Of a stretch of DNA of 64,000 bases, positions 31,583 through 42,372 are shown in pieces. Under the pieces are notes generated by a model. The model did no database searches. It was not told the origin of the DNA and was given only the letters and a program-made list of their open reading frames with translations. Positions within the stretch are counted from its first letter, which is position 1. Every line of letters begins with the position of its first letter. Source of the stretch: an uncultured delta proteobacterium (GTDB taxonomy: Bacteria; Myxococcota; Kuafuiibacteriia; Kuafuiibacteriales; Kuafuiibacteriaceae). Position numbers and translations under genes: made by a program. The stretch is from the NCBI GenBank assembly GCA_963803435.1, contig CAWDML010000002.1, forward strand, positions 1 through 64,000. Direction: 5' to 3'.

Positions 31583-32794
31583 ATGGCGAAGAAGAAGAGT
31601 GCACCGGCTCCGTTGATCGGGGAGTGGATCTGCAAGAAGGTGGCGTACGAGCGGAGCGACGAGATGCTCGCGCGTGGCATCGACGACGACGACGAGCGGC
31701 AGCCCGAGTCGGCGAAGAACACCGAGTTCAAGCTCGCCTCTGCGGTCGTGACGGACAAAGGTCGGTTCGAGGTTCGGGCACCTGGAATCATGAGCGCCCC
31801 GATCGCGACCGGCAGCTTCAAGAAGAAGGGAAAGAGCCTCATGCCGACCACCGAATCCCTGAGCTATGGGCGCGAGCTGGTCGGGCTGCGGCAGACGGAG
31901 AAGACGCTCGAGTTCGTCCTGCGCCTCGACGACGACAGCTACGACACCCATGATCTCTTGGTCCTGGTGTTCGGCAAGGGTGGCGGCGATCAGAGCGCGC
32001 TGTTCGAAGAGCTCGCGACCTTGGACAGCTGGGACCAAGCCGACTTCCTGAGGAATGAGCTCGATGGCGACGAGGACGCCATCTCGGAGCTGCTCTGGGG
32101 CGCGTTCTCTCGCGGCGAGCTCTCGACCGAAGGTGACACCTCGAGTCTCCTGGTCAGCTTCCCGAGCGCCTCGACCGTGGAGCAGGTCGTGCAGTTCTTC
32201 GAGCGCGCGTCCCCCGCCCCTGACTGCGAGCTCGCGGAGCTGCTCAGGCGCGTGCCGGAGGGTTGGGAGCCGGAGGTCGCCGGCGCGATGGGAGCGGAGT
32301 GGCTCGAGGACCTGGCCCAGACTCGCATGCTGATGCTGACGGATGAGCGCTTCTTCGCTGAGCGGCGTCGAGCCTTCTTCCCGCCGGCGTTCGATCAGGC
32401 GTGCCTCGAATATGCCAAGCGGGACGACTCCCTCAACCTCGAAGCGATCCGCGCGATCAGCATCGATCCCACCGACCGCATTCGAGCGCTGGTGCGCTAC
32501 ATCGGACCGAACCGCTTCGATGCGCTCGTCGAAGCTTGCGACGCGATGCCGAAGGAGGCGGCGATCGCGGCGCTCACGCCGGAGCTGGCGTCCAAGGTTC
32601 CGCATCACCTTTTGAATGCGATCCACGCGCTCGGCACGCTCGGCTTCGAAGTGCCGTCCGACCGGCGCGACGCCGCCCTCGCGGGGATCACGACCTACAC
32701 CCTCTTCGGCAAGTTCACGCGGCGCGACTTCGAAGTCCTGCAAAAACTGGGCGTGAACACCGCCGCCCTGAGCATCGGCGTCACCGCCGACTGA
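31583..32794 (+). CDS. Hypothetical acidic protein
   Basis: ATG at 31583 (MAKKKSAP...). Protein-like composition and a helical C-terminus. Confidence 0.7.
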   Translation: MAKKKSAPAPLIGEWICKKVAYERSDEMLARGIDDDDERQPESAKNTEFKLASAVVTDKGRFEVRAPGIMSAPIATGSFKKKGKSLMPTTESLSYGRELVGLRQTEKTLEFVLRLDDDSYDTHDLLVLVFGKGGGDQSALFEELATLDSWDQADFLRNELDGDEDAISELLWGAFSRGELSTEGDTSSLLVSFPSASTVEQVVQFFERASPAPDCELAELLRRVPEGWEPEVAGAMGAEWLEDLAQTRMLMLTDERFFAERRRAFFPPAFDQACLEYAKRDDSLNLEAIRAISIDPTDRIRALVRYIGPNRFDALVEACDAMPKEAAIAALTPELASKVPHHLLNAIHALGTLGFEVPSDRRDAALAGITTYTLFGKFTRRDFEVLQKLGVNTAALSIGVTAD

Positions 32795-33180
32795 TGGCAC
32801 GGTGCGCCGCTTCGATCGCAGCGACCGCCCGACTGGCTACCACCTCATCCGATCGCTCCCTCGCGCGCTGGGACTCGATACGCAGGCCCGCCGTTCGTGC
32901 GAACTTCGTCGGCGCCGCCGATCACGGGATCCTGAGACCGCGCGGAAAGACCGCTGGCGGCAGGCGCGAAGTCGCGAAGTGCGCGCTCGCCTTCGAGCTC
33001 GACGCATCGGGCTCGAGCTTCATCGAGGGGAACGAGAGCGATCGGGGGCCATCCGTGGGCCGGCCAAAAGTTCCGCGCGACCGGGGTGTCACCCCCCTCT
33101 TTGCCGGATCACCCGCGAGCATGGGGGTCCGCGAACCAAGTGTCAGGCAGCAAGTCACGCGGGCGCGCTATCATCCGGGG

Positions 33181-33804
33181 ATGGTGAGCACGAAGCGCGC
33201 GTGGCGATACCTCGTCTTCCTCCCTCTGGGCGCGCTCCTCTGGCGTCTGACGCCGGCCGAGCGGCAGCTCGGCGACGGGGTCAAGGTGGTGCTGGTTCAC
33301 GTCTCCCTGGTCTGGGTCGGCGCCGCCCTGATGGCGGCGAGTGCGCTGACCGCGATCGCCGCGCTGCTCGGCGTCGCGCGGGCCGCCCGCTGGGCCCGCA
33401 TCTGCGGCGTGCTCGGCGTCGTGACCTACGGTTTGGGCGTCGGGATGAGCATGGTCGCGGCGCTGGTGAACTGGGGCGGGATCGCCTGGGCCGAGCCCCG
33501 GCTGCGCGCCAGCTTCCACTTCCTGGCGGCCGCTGTCATCGTCCACGCGCTGAGCGGCGTGCGCCCGAGGCTCCGCGAGGCGCTGCTCCTCGGCTTGGCG
33601 GCCTTCTTCGTGTGGACGCTCCTGGCGCCGGAGCTCCAGATGCACCCGGGCCGAGCGATCAAGAACGCCGAGGCGATCGGCATCAAGGTCGCCTTTGCAG
33701 GCTGGGTTGCGCTGATGGGCGCGCTGTCGCTGGTGGTGGCCCGCGACGTGGGCCCCGTGCTGGCCCCACGCGATCGCGACCAGCCTCGCCTGCCGCGAGG
33801 CTGA
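33181..33804 (+). CDS. CcmC/CcsA-like heme-handling membrane protein
   Basis: PAERQLG...HV...W, WGGIAWAEPRL (WWD-like), a later MHP motif, and several TM helices. Confidence 0.65.
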   Translation: MVSTKRAWRYLVFLPLGALLWRLTPAERQLGDGVKVVLVHVSLVWVGAALMAASALTAIAALLGVARAARWARICGVLGVVTYGLGVGMSMVAALVNWGGIAWAEPRLRASFHFLAAAVIVHALSGVRPRLREALLLGLAAFFVWTLLAPELQMHPGRAIKNAEAIGIKVAFAGWVALMGALSLVVARDVGPVLAPRDRDQPRLPRG

Positions 33805-33931
33805 CAGGACCGCGATCCCCGGCAGGCTTCACCACGTTCACCCAGGGATGCGCGGTCGCGTCGAGCCAACTCCGGTTGCCCGCTCGATCGAAAGGTGGTT
33901 GTTTGTCGAGGTTGCGTCGTAAGATGAGGGC

Positions 33932-34447
33932 TTGATCTTCGTCGGCAACAAGTACGAGGCCCGGGACAAGAGCGTCTTCGAGCTCGAGTTCCACTGCGAG
34001 ACCTGCCAGCTCGAGACGACCGGACGGGTGCTCGGAATCGGGGAGGGGGCCGCGGTCAGCCCGTACTTCCTCTCCAACTCGGACGCCGCCTTCGAGGCGC
34101 GGAGCCGCGCGCATCGGAACGCGGCGGACGAGGCCGCGCTCACCATCACGGTCGCGCACTGTCCGCGCTGTGGTGTGAGGAACCCGAGCGCCGTGCGTCG
34201 CTTCTTCGCAAAGGCCATCTTCTGGCCGACGCTCGCTCTGAGTGCGGGGCTCGGGACCGGCTGGTTCTTCGCGACGGCGGCCCGCGAGCCGCTGTTCTGG
34301 CTCGGGTTCAGCGCCATCGGAGCGGTGTTCGCGGGCCTCTCAATCCACCGCAGGCGCCGGAGCTGGATCGGCTCGTGGGAGCGCGTCGAGTTCCCGCGAA
34401 CAGGGCGGCGCCAGAGCGAACGCAGGAGCTCCACGCCGCCCAGTTAG
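33932..34447 (+). CDS. Zn-ribbon membrane protein
   Basis: CETC and CPRC pairs, followed by two TM helices. Confidence 0.65.
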   Translation: MIFVGNKYEARDKSVFELEFHCETCQLETTGRVLGIGEGAAVSPYFLSNSDAAFEARSRAHRNAADEAALTITVAHCPRCGVRNPSAVRRFFAKAIFWPTLALSAGLGTGWFFATAAREPLFWLGFSAIGAVFAGLSIHRRRRSWIGSWERVEFPRTGRRQSERRSSTPPS

Positions 34448-34649
34448 GCCTCCTCAGCGGTGCGCGAAGGGACGGGCGCCCAGCGCCTGCACGTCCAGTC
34501 CTTGTCGCTCCATGGATAGTTGGTCTTGAGCAGCAGGAGAACCGGTGCGATCCGCTCGAAGTTGATCATTCCACGATGCAACCGCCCGGAAGTCGCCGGG
34601 TCTGAGGCGGTGAGCTGGCCGCGCTGACGTGCTACCGTCGCGACCCACC

Positions 34650-35684
34650 ATGGTATGGCCGATCGACGACAACAAGGTCCACGACGAGCTCCAGGCGAGC
34701 TTCTCTCACGTCATCAACGGCACGGCGCACGCGAACCACTACGCCGACTACGTGCGGGTGGGCGTGTTCCTCGGCAACAGCGGTCAGATCCGCTCCGCGC
34801 TCGCGATGCTCGAGGATCGCCTGGAGGAGAAGCTCCTGGGGCGGCTGAACTGGAAGGAGAAGCTCGGCAACTGGATCGCGCAGCGCAACGCGCCCGCGAT
34901 CAAGAGCAACGCGATCGGACACGCGCAGTCGCACTTCGGTGACTGGGACAAGCGGATCGATCAAAAGAAGCCCAAGAAGTACAAGGCCGCCTCCCACCTT
35001 CTCACCGACGTGCTGTGCGAGATCGAGGACGGCGCGAGCTTCGGCCTCTTCCAGGACGAGAACGGCCACCCGAAGGCGGAGATGATCCTGGCGCTGTCGG
35101 GCCCGCAGTTCCGGCAGCAGCTCAAGGAGGCCCGTCCGTTCAAGGACCCGACGGTCGGCCCCGACCACGGCGAGTTCACGCATCGCGTGCAGTGGGCGTT
35201 GCTGACGCTCTCGGGCGTGCTCCGGAATCCGGTGGCGCAGGTGTACCAGAAGATCGGCGAGATCGCGGACGAGCAGAACAAGTTCGGCCTCTGGGACGCG
35301 ATCTGCGACCGCATCCCCAAGGGCGCGACGGGCCTGCAGCCGAGCTTCACCTTCTGGAAGGAGGCCGACGTGGACTTCCGCTGTCCGGAGGCGCTCCTCA
35401 GCTGGCTCTGCAAGGACGAGCAGCAGAAGTCCTATCCGCTGCTCGCCGGCTTCCTGAAGGCCCGCAAGGAGAAGCGCTGGCACCAGTTCGAGAACGATCT
35501 GCTGGGGGAGAGCTACCTCGCGGCGAAGGTCTACAACTCCACCTACGACCGGCTCTCGGATCCGCAGAAGGACAAGATCGCGGAGTGGTTGACGGGCGGC
35601 CTGGTGGTCGACGATCAGGCCGCCGCCAAGCACGATCCCCACGGGCTCATGCGCCCGTCGGGCGGCGGCTACGACTTGGGCTGA
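34650..35684 (+). CDS. Hypothetical protein with LirA/MavJ (DUF5636)-like motif
   Basis: Strong coding bias. The motifs FKD...DHGEFTHRVQW, LWDAICD and FRCPE are recalled as typical of that family. Confidence 0.6.
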   Translation: MVWPIDDNKVHDELQASFSHVINGTAHANHYADYVRVGVFLGNSGQIRSALAMLEDRLEEKLLGRLNWKEKLGNWIAQRNAPAIKSNAIGHAQSHFGDWDKRIDQKKPKKYKAASHLLTDVLCEIEDGASFGLFQDENGHPKAEMILALSGPQFRQQLKEARPFKDPTVGPDHGEFTHRVQWALLTLSGVLRNPVAQVYQKIGEIADEQNKFGLWDAICDRIPKGATGLQPSFTFWKEADVDFRCPEALLSWLCKDEQQKSYPLLAGFLKARKEKRWHQFENDLLGESYLAAKVYNSTYDRLSDPQKDKIAEWLTGGLVVDDQAAAKHDPHGLMRPSGGGYDLG

Positions 35685-36160
35685 GGCTTGAACGACGCCA
35701 TCGCCTCCTGCTGGCGCTTCTGCATCTGGTCCGGCGTCAGGTCCTCCTTGTGCGTGGCGATCGCCCAGGAGTGTCCGAAGGGGTCGCGGATCTTGCCGTA
35801 GCGATCGCCCCAGAACATGTCCGCGATCGGCATCGTGACGGTGGCGCCGGCCTTGGTCGCCTTCTCCCAGACCGCGTCGGCGTTCTCCACGTAGAGGTGG
35901 AGCGAGGAGGGGATCTGGGCGTCCGGCTTGGGCGCCGGTGAGCCGCCCATCTCGGGGAATGCGTCGCTCAGCATCAAGACCGAGTCGCCGATGCGCAGCT
36001 CGGCGTGCATGATCTTTCCGTCCGGGCCGGGCGCGCGGCTGATCTCCTTGGCCCCGAACGCCTTCTGATAGAACTCGATCGCCTTCTTCGCGTCGGAGAC
36101 CGTGATCACCGCGGTCAAGTTGTGGAACCCTTCCGGGATCGGTTTGGCAGTCATGTGCAT
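35669..36160 (-). CDS. VOC/glyoxalase (PhnB-like) protein
   Basis: AIEFYQKAFGA, IMHAELRIG, DMFWGDRYG, DPFGHSW. Confidence 0.95.
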   Translation of the reverse strand: MHMTAKPIPEGFHNLTAVITVSDAKKAIEFYQKAFGAKEISRAPGPDGKIMHAELRIGDSVLMLSDAFPEMGGSPAPKPDAQIPSSLHLYVENADAVWEKATKAGATVTMPIADMFWGDRYGKIRDPFGHSWAIATHKEDLTPDQMQKRQQEAMASFKPQPKS

Positions 36161-36167
36161 GCTCCTT

Positions 36168-36746
36168 CTATTGAATGACCGGCGTCTCCGCGGTCATCTC
36201 GTTCTTCGCGCGCGCCTCGGCCTTGGTCTTCAGCTTGGCGAGACCCTTGTCGAGCTCGGCGGCGAGTGGTTCTTTGATCATGAGCCCGAAGTAGCGGTAG
36301 AACGGGTTGTTGCCGTGATCGACGTCGTCGGTCCAGGTGACCTCGGTCTTCTCACCGCGCGCCTGGCACAGCAAGCTGCCTTTCAGGTGGAACGACTCGT
36401 CCATCAACAGCAGGTCGTACTCGATCCCCGTCTTCGGATCCGCCTTGGTGAGGGTGAGGCGACCCTCCCCGTCCGACTCGAACTGGTGCGTCGCGCCGAC
36501 GCCCTCCTTCGGTCCGGTGTAGCGGCTCTGCATGTCCGGATAGGCCTCCGGTGTCCACGGCGACCACTGCGTCCAGCCCTCCTCGAGGTTGGCGATCAAC
36601 GGGTAGATCGCCTCCGGTCGCGCCTCGATCGTGATCGAACGCGACACCAGCGCATGGGACGGGAGCAGGTAGCCGACCGCGGTCACCAGCACGAACAGCG
36701 ACACCAGGACGATGCCGGTGACCTTGAGGACCTTCTTCAGCTTCAT
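36168..36746 (-). CDS. SRPBCC/START-domain protein with N-terminal TM anchor
   Basis: VSRSITIEA, WTQWSPW, GVGA, GLAKLK. Confidence 0.9.
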   Translation of the reverse strand: MKLKKVLKVTGIVLVSLFVLVTAVGYLLPSHALVSRSITIEARPEAIYPLIANLEEGWTQWSPWTPEAYPDMQSRYTGPKEGVGATHQFESDGEGRLTLTKADPKTGIEYDLLLMDESFHLKGSLLCQARGEKTEVTWTDDVDHGNNPFYRYFGLMIKEPLAAELDKGLAKLKTKAEARAKNEMTAETPVIQ

Positions 36747-36830
36747 GGGGTTGCCTCTCCTTCGGCCCAGAAGACACGGGCCGGAGCGGAACCCACCACA
36801 AATTTTTCGAAGCCGGAAGCGCGTCGGCAA

Positions 36831-39800
36831 TCAGGGCGCTGAGCCGCTCCGCCGCTTGAGGAGAGTCCACACCCGCCGGGCCAGCGGGAGCGCCTGCTCG
36901 GCCTCTTCCGGGCGCCCCGCCTTGTGGCACAGCTCCGCGGCGATCTCGAGAGTCCGGGCGACCTCCCCGTCGGCGGCGCCGGTCCGGTCCAGGAGCGCGC
37001 GGGTCTGGGACAGCTGGTCGGCACACTCGGGCCACCGCCCGGCGGCGGCGGCGTCGGCGGCGAGCGCAGCGTGGATGAAGCAGCGCGCCCGCACCTCGTC
37101 GATGGATTCGACGCTCGGCCGGACCACCATCAGCTCGCGATGGGCGGCCGCGTGATCGCCGGCCTCCAGGAACAACAGCGCGAGCGCGACCATCGCCGGG
37201 TGAACGTCGCTCGATCCGATCGCCCTGAGGATCTCGATCGCCTCCCGATATCCGCGCTCGGCGGTGGCCAGGTTCCCCCGCAGCCGCAGCAGATCCGAGA
37301 GCGCGGCCCGGGCACGGGCGTACGCATGCCGGTTGCCGGTCCGCTCAGCCAGCTCCAGCTCCTCCTGGTACAAGCGCCGCGCGCCCTCGCGATCCGCGCG
37401 CCAGTAGGCGGTGTTGCCCAGCCCGTGCAGCGAGGCGAGCAGGCCGATCCAGTCGCCATGGTCGCGGAGCACGTCGCGCGCGGCCGCGTACCGCCCCGCG
37501 GCCGTCTCCAGATCGCCGGAGACGTAGATCAGATCGGCGTCGGCCAGCTGGAGCAGCCCCAGCCCGAGCGCGTCCTCTCCGTCTGCGAGCAAGAGCTCCG
37601 CCTCCTCGAGCAGCGGGCGCGGCAGATAGCGATCGCCGAGCGCCCGCGCGATCGACGCGCGCTCCCTGAGCGCACCGGCCAGCGGCGCGTTCAGCTTGAA
37701 GTAACGCGCGTGATCTCGTGCTCGCTCGCTCCAGGTGGTCGCGTCTCGATACCGGCCCTGCATCGAGGCGATCCGCGCCCGGAGCACCCAGCACTCGGGC
37801 CACCGGGGATCGGCGTTGTCCCCGGCCAGCGAGGCCAGCGTCCGCTCATAGTCGTCGAGGAGCGCCTGCGCGCGGCCGTAGTCGCTGGCGATCCAGCGCT
37901 CGATCGCCGCCCAGTACAGCGGGAGCAGCGCCTCGGCGTAGCTGTGTCCCTCCAGGAAGTGCCGTCCGATCCGCTCGGAGATCCCGGATCGATCGACGCC
38001 GTGTCGCGCCGCCAGCATCTCCGCCGAGAGTCGATGGTGCGCCTCGTAGCGGCGTCGCTCCCGCGCGTGCTCCTCGAGGCTCTCCCGAAGCATGTTGTGG
38101 GCGAATCTCCACGACGGGCTCTCCTCCGAGTAGGCGAGCCGAACGTCGAGGAGCGCGGGGAGGAGCGCAGGAGGGATCGAGATCCCCGCCCGCGCGCACG
38201 CATCGGACCACTCGTCGGGATCAATCTCTCCGCCCAGGACTGCGGCGATCTCGAGGGCCACGATCGCCTCGGCGGGCTCGTCCTCGAGCAGCATCTCGAT
38301 GCGCCGCAGCCAGACCTCGCGCACGTCCTCGGGGAGCTCACCGGACTCGCCCTCCTTGAGCTTGAAGCCGGAGTCATCAATCTCGAGCACGCCGCGCTCG
38401 ACCCAGTCGTCGACCAGCTGGACCGCGAACAGGGGGTTGCCGGCCGTTCGGGCCGCCACCTCCGAGGCGAGCGCGTGCTGGAGCCCGAGCAGCTCGTGGA
38501 CCAGCGTCTGCTGATCGTCGAAGCCGAGGCCGGGGAGCGTGATGAGCGTGGCGCCGTTCAAGACCGAGAATCTCTTCCACCAGCGCCGCCTCCATCCGGT
38601 CGACCACGAGGTCGTCGCGGACCGTCGCTAGCACCAGCACGCGGCAGGGCTCCTCCTCGCGCGACTCGAGGAGCTGGCGGGCGTAGATCATCGCGTCCGC
38701 GCCCCACTGCACGTCGTCGAACCACACGATCACCGGGCGCTCTCTCGACGTGCGCGCCAGCAGGTGCTGCACCAGCGTGTGGCGCTCGATGGCGGTGGAG
38801 AACTGGAACGAGCCCGACTCCTCGCTCGGCTCGCTGCGCTTTCTCCTGACAATCAGCTCGGTGAGCGCGTTCCACTCGTATTCGTCGGTGACCCCCTGAA
38901 GGCGGAGCGCACGTTGTACCCGATCGCGGACGGCCTCGCGGTCGAGGTCCTCGACCCGCAGGAGCCGCGCCGCCATCTGCGCGATCGCCTCCGACGGCTC
39001 CCGCATGGGCCCGAAGAAGGCGCGCATCACGATCGCACCACCGACCTCGTCGGCCCGCTCGGACAGCCACTCCACCAGCCGGCTCTTGCCCGTACCGGCG
39101 GCGCCCTGGATCAGGACCACCTCGGCGCGATTCGAGTCGCGCACGCGCGTGAGCCGGCTCCACAGCAGATCGCGCTCGGCCTCCCGAGCGACCAGAGGGA
39201 CGCGGCGGATCCCGTACAGGCCGAGGCCGGCGCCGATCAGCTTGGGCGGCGGCGGCGGCCGCGGGGGCGTCCGCCACGAGAACGGCAGCGGAGGGAGCTC
39301 CCGGACCGACAGCGTCTTGGTGTGGCGGCCCTGGAAGGAGGCCTCCAGGGTCCCGGCGTCGGCGAGGTCCAGCGGGGCGCTCCACGGCAGCGTGGTCGTC
39401 GGGATCTCGGCCGAGGCCAGCGATGATCCGCGTGCGCGCGGATCGAGGGCCTCGCTCTTGATCCGGGCCAGCGCCCAGGCGGCGTCGGCAGCGCGCTGGA
39501 AGCGGTCGGCGGGATCCTTGGCCAGCAAGCGCAGCATCCACCCCTCGAACGCCGGCGGCATCGGGGTCTCCGGCTCGAAGGGCGGAGGTGCAGTGCGGAT
39601 GTGCTGGACGCCGATGGCGATCGTGTTGTCCGCGATGAACAGCGGCTTGCCGGTGGCGAACCAGAAGGCGAGGCATCCGACCGCATAGAGATCCGTCCAC
39701 GGTCCGAAGTCGCGCCACTCTCCGACGAACTGCTCCGGCGCCATGAACAGCGGCGTTCCTCCGGCGATACTCTCGTAGCGCATGCGGTCCTCGGGCTCGA

Positions 39801-40328
39801 GGGCGTGCGCGATGCCGAAGTCGGTGAGCTTGATCCCCGGGCGAAGGTCGTCGTCCGTGCTGACCAGGATGTTGGCCGGCTTGAGATCGCGATGGAGCAC
39901 GCCGCGCGCATGCGCGTGGGCGAGGGCGTCGAGCAGACCCAGGAGGATCCGAGCCAGCTCCGGCCACTCCAGCGTTCGTTTCAAACGATCGAGTGATCCC
40001 CAGCTCGCCAGCTCCATCGCGATGTAGGGGCTGCCGGCTGCGAGCGCGCCCCCGGAGGCCTCCTCCGCGTCCTCCGGAAGCTCGCCGTAGTCGAGCACCA
40101 TGATGATGGCGGGGTGATCGAGGCGCGCGACCGCCTGCACCTCGTTGCGGATGACCCGCCGCAGCAAGGGATCGCGCGCCCCGGCCTTGGTGATGACCTT
40201 GACGGCGACCGGGATCTGCTGCGCGACGTGCACCGCGCGCCAGACCTCGGCCATGCCGCCCTGGCCGATCCGCTCGATCAGCGCGAAGGGGCCGACCGGA
40301 ATGCTGGGGTGGGAGACGATGCGGGCAT
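36831..40328 (-). CDS. Ser/Thr kinase - AAA ATPase - TPR protein (frameshifts near 38560 and probably near 40320)
   Basis: IGQGGMAEVW, VAVK, HRDLKPAN, DFG, APE; GAAGTGKS, FDDVQWG, GNPLFA; TPR-like helical C-terminus. Confidence 0.9.
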
Positions 40329-40329
40329 T

Positions 40330-41712
40330 CTACGCCAAGAGCGCCGCGATCGGGTCTGCCCGCAGGTAGCTGTAGTCGAGCCCGGCGGCCTTGAGCACCG
40401 TCGCCAGCACGTTCTTCGGCGAGAGCGCCACCACCTTGCCGGTGGAGAGCTGCTCGTCGGTCGGGTTCTGGATACCGCTGCCGGTCGCGAGCTCGGTCAT
40501 CAGCGGCAGCATGCCCACGTCGGCGCTCTTACCGATCGCGAGGCCGCGCTTGATCCCGGGGCCGAACACCATCGCCGAGTTCCCGAGGAAGTGATCCCGC
40601 CCCTGCAGGTTGTTGAACAGCGGCGTACGCGCGAACTCGCTGAACACGACGAACGTAGTCTGCTCGAACATGTTGCCGGAGGTCCCGTCGGTCGCCGGGG
40701 TGTTCTTCAGATCCGTCATCAGCGCCCCCAGCGCCCGCCAGCCCCGCTCCTGGGCGACCGGCTGGGCCGCCGCCCAGTTGCTGTGCGTGTCGAGCGCGGT
40801 GGCCACCCGGACCGAGACCGCCTGCGAGATGTTCTGCTTGAGCGCCTGCCCGGCCACGAACGACATCGTCTCCGGCGACGACGGATCGGCGGCGGCGCCG
40901 GTCATCCCATACAGATCACGCAGCGCGTTCATCTCCGGATCGGTCCGCTGCACGTTGAACACCTCGGAGAGCTGCGACTCGATGTAGTCGCGCGCCCGCT
41001 TCTGGCCGCGCAGGAGCCGGGTCGCCAGGCCGTCCCGATCGAGCTTCGCCGCGCCGCAGCCGGCGGGCTCGTTCTGGAAGGCCTGCACCGCGCCGAGCAC
41101 CGAGGGGTCGATCGCGACGAACGGCGTCAGCGCCACGATCAGGTCCGCCAGGCTGTTCACGCCCAGCGCCGAGGCGTACGGCGGCAGCCCGGTCGCGTAG
41201 GCCTCGACGGCCGCCGACAGGTTCGGGATCGGCACGTTGTCGCCGAGCTGCGCCACGATCTCGGCCGGCGTCGACGAGCCCACCGCCTGGATGCCGCGGG
41301 GAAAGCTGCCCGTGATGAAGTACCGCCGTCCGACCTCGTGCGACGCCGTGTCCATCCCGATCGCGTTCAGGATGTTCACGCTGCCGCCGTGGGCGGAGAC
41401 GAACTCGGGCGGCACGGCCGGGCCGAACTGGAGCGCTCCGCTCCGCTGGACCCCGCGGGCCTGATACTGCTGCGCGAGCTGGCCGTATCCGGGCTCGATC
41501 TGGTTGGTGTCGGGCCGGGTGGTGGCCGGGTCGCGCGGGTCGAGCCCGAGCAGGATGTCCCAGCCGCCGTCGAAGTACGCGAAGACGAACTTCTTCTTGT
41601 CGAGCCCCGAGACCTGCGCCAGCACCCGCTTGGGGAGCAGCCCGCCCAGGAGGAGGCCGCCCGCGCCGATCGCGGTCCCTTTGAGGAAGCTTCTACGGTT
41701 TGCGTCGAACAT
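40330..41712 (-). CDS. DUF1501-family Tat-exported protein
   Basis: Twin-arginine signal NRRSFLK, GGWD...DP, DTH, SEFARTP, GRDH. Confidence 0.88.
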   Translation of the reverse strand: MFDANRRSFLKGTAIGAGGLLLGGLLPKRVLAQVSGLDKKKFVFAYFDGGWDILLGLDPRDPATTRPDTNQIEPGYGQLAQQYQARGVQRSGALQFGPAVPPEFVSAHGGSVNILNAIGMDTASHEVGRRYFITGSFPRGIQAVGSSTPAEIVAQLGDNVPIPNLSAAVEAYATGLPPYASALGVNSLADLIVALTPFVAIDPSVLGAVQAFQNEPAGCGAAKLDRDGLATRLLRGQKRARDYIESQLSEVFNVQRTDPEMNALRDLYGMTGAAADPSSPETMSFVAGQALKQNISQAVSVRVATALDTHSNWAAAQPVAQERGWRALGALMTDLKNTPATDGTSGNMFEQTTFVVFSEFARTPLFNNLQGRDHFLGNSAMVFGPGIKRGLAIGKSADVGMLPLMTELATGSGIQNPTDEQLSTGKVVALSPKNVLATVLKAAGLDYSYLRADPIAALLA

Positions 41713-41730
41713 GGTTGATGGCCTCCGTGC

Positions 41731-42372
41731 TCAGTAAAGAAGGAACTCGGGCGAGGTGAAGACGGAGATGCAGACCGCCTCCCAGCCGCTCGCGTCGCCG
41801 TTCGGGCCGGCGCGGCCGGCGTCATACACGCGCGACAAGCGCTCGACGTAAGGATCGGCCTCCGCCCCCTCGATCCCGGTGAAGTGGAGGAGGATGTAGC
41901 GGAGGTTCTGATCCTCGTCCGAGTAGCGCGTGAGCACCCGCTCCTCCAGCGGGCGCTGCGGGTCGTACGCGATGGCCGCCTGGCAGACATAGGCGCCCAG
42001 GTCCATCATGAACTTCATGTACAGCGGCGTCGGCTCGAGCACCTCCTCGGTGATCGTCTTGTAGTCGGGCTCGCCGAGCGTGAGCGCCAGGTTCCGATCC
42101 AGGTCGAACTGACCCTCCTCGATGCCGATGATCTGCTCCACCGACCGCTCCATCTGCTCCACCGACATCCGGCGCGGGCCGCGGGACAGGACCTTCAGGT
42201 CGGCGATGTCCGGGTGATCCACCGGCATCGACGGGAGCACCGTGACGATCGCGGGCGCCTTGGGACGCTCGACCGGCGGCTCCACCAACCGATCGTTCGC
42301 CGGGCAACCGAACAGCGGGACCAAAGCGAGAGTGATGATGATCTTGCGGGCGTTCATGTTGGGGCTCCTCAC
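41731..42372 (-). CDS. Lipoprotein of the DUF1501 operon
   Basis: Lipobox LVPLFGC and C-terminal WEAVC...SPEFLLY. Confidence 0.8.
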   Translation of the reverse strand: MRSPNMNARKIIITLALVPLFGCPANDRLVEPPVERPKAPAIVTVLPSMPVDHPDIADLKVLSRGPRRMSVEQMERSVEQIIGIEEGQFDLDRNLALTLGEPDYKTITEEVLEPTPLYMKFMMDLGAYVCQAAIAYDPQRPLEERVLTRYSDEDQNLRYILLHFTGIEGAEADPYVERLSRVYDAGRAGPNGDASGWEAVCISVFTSPEFLLY

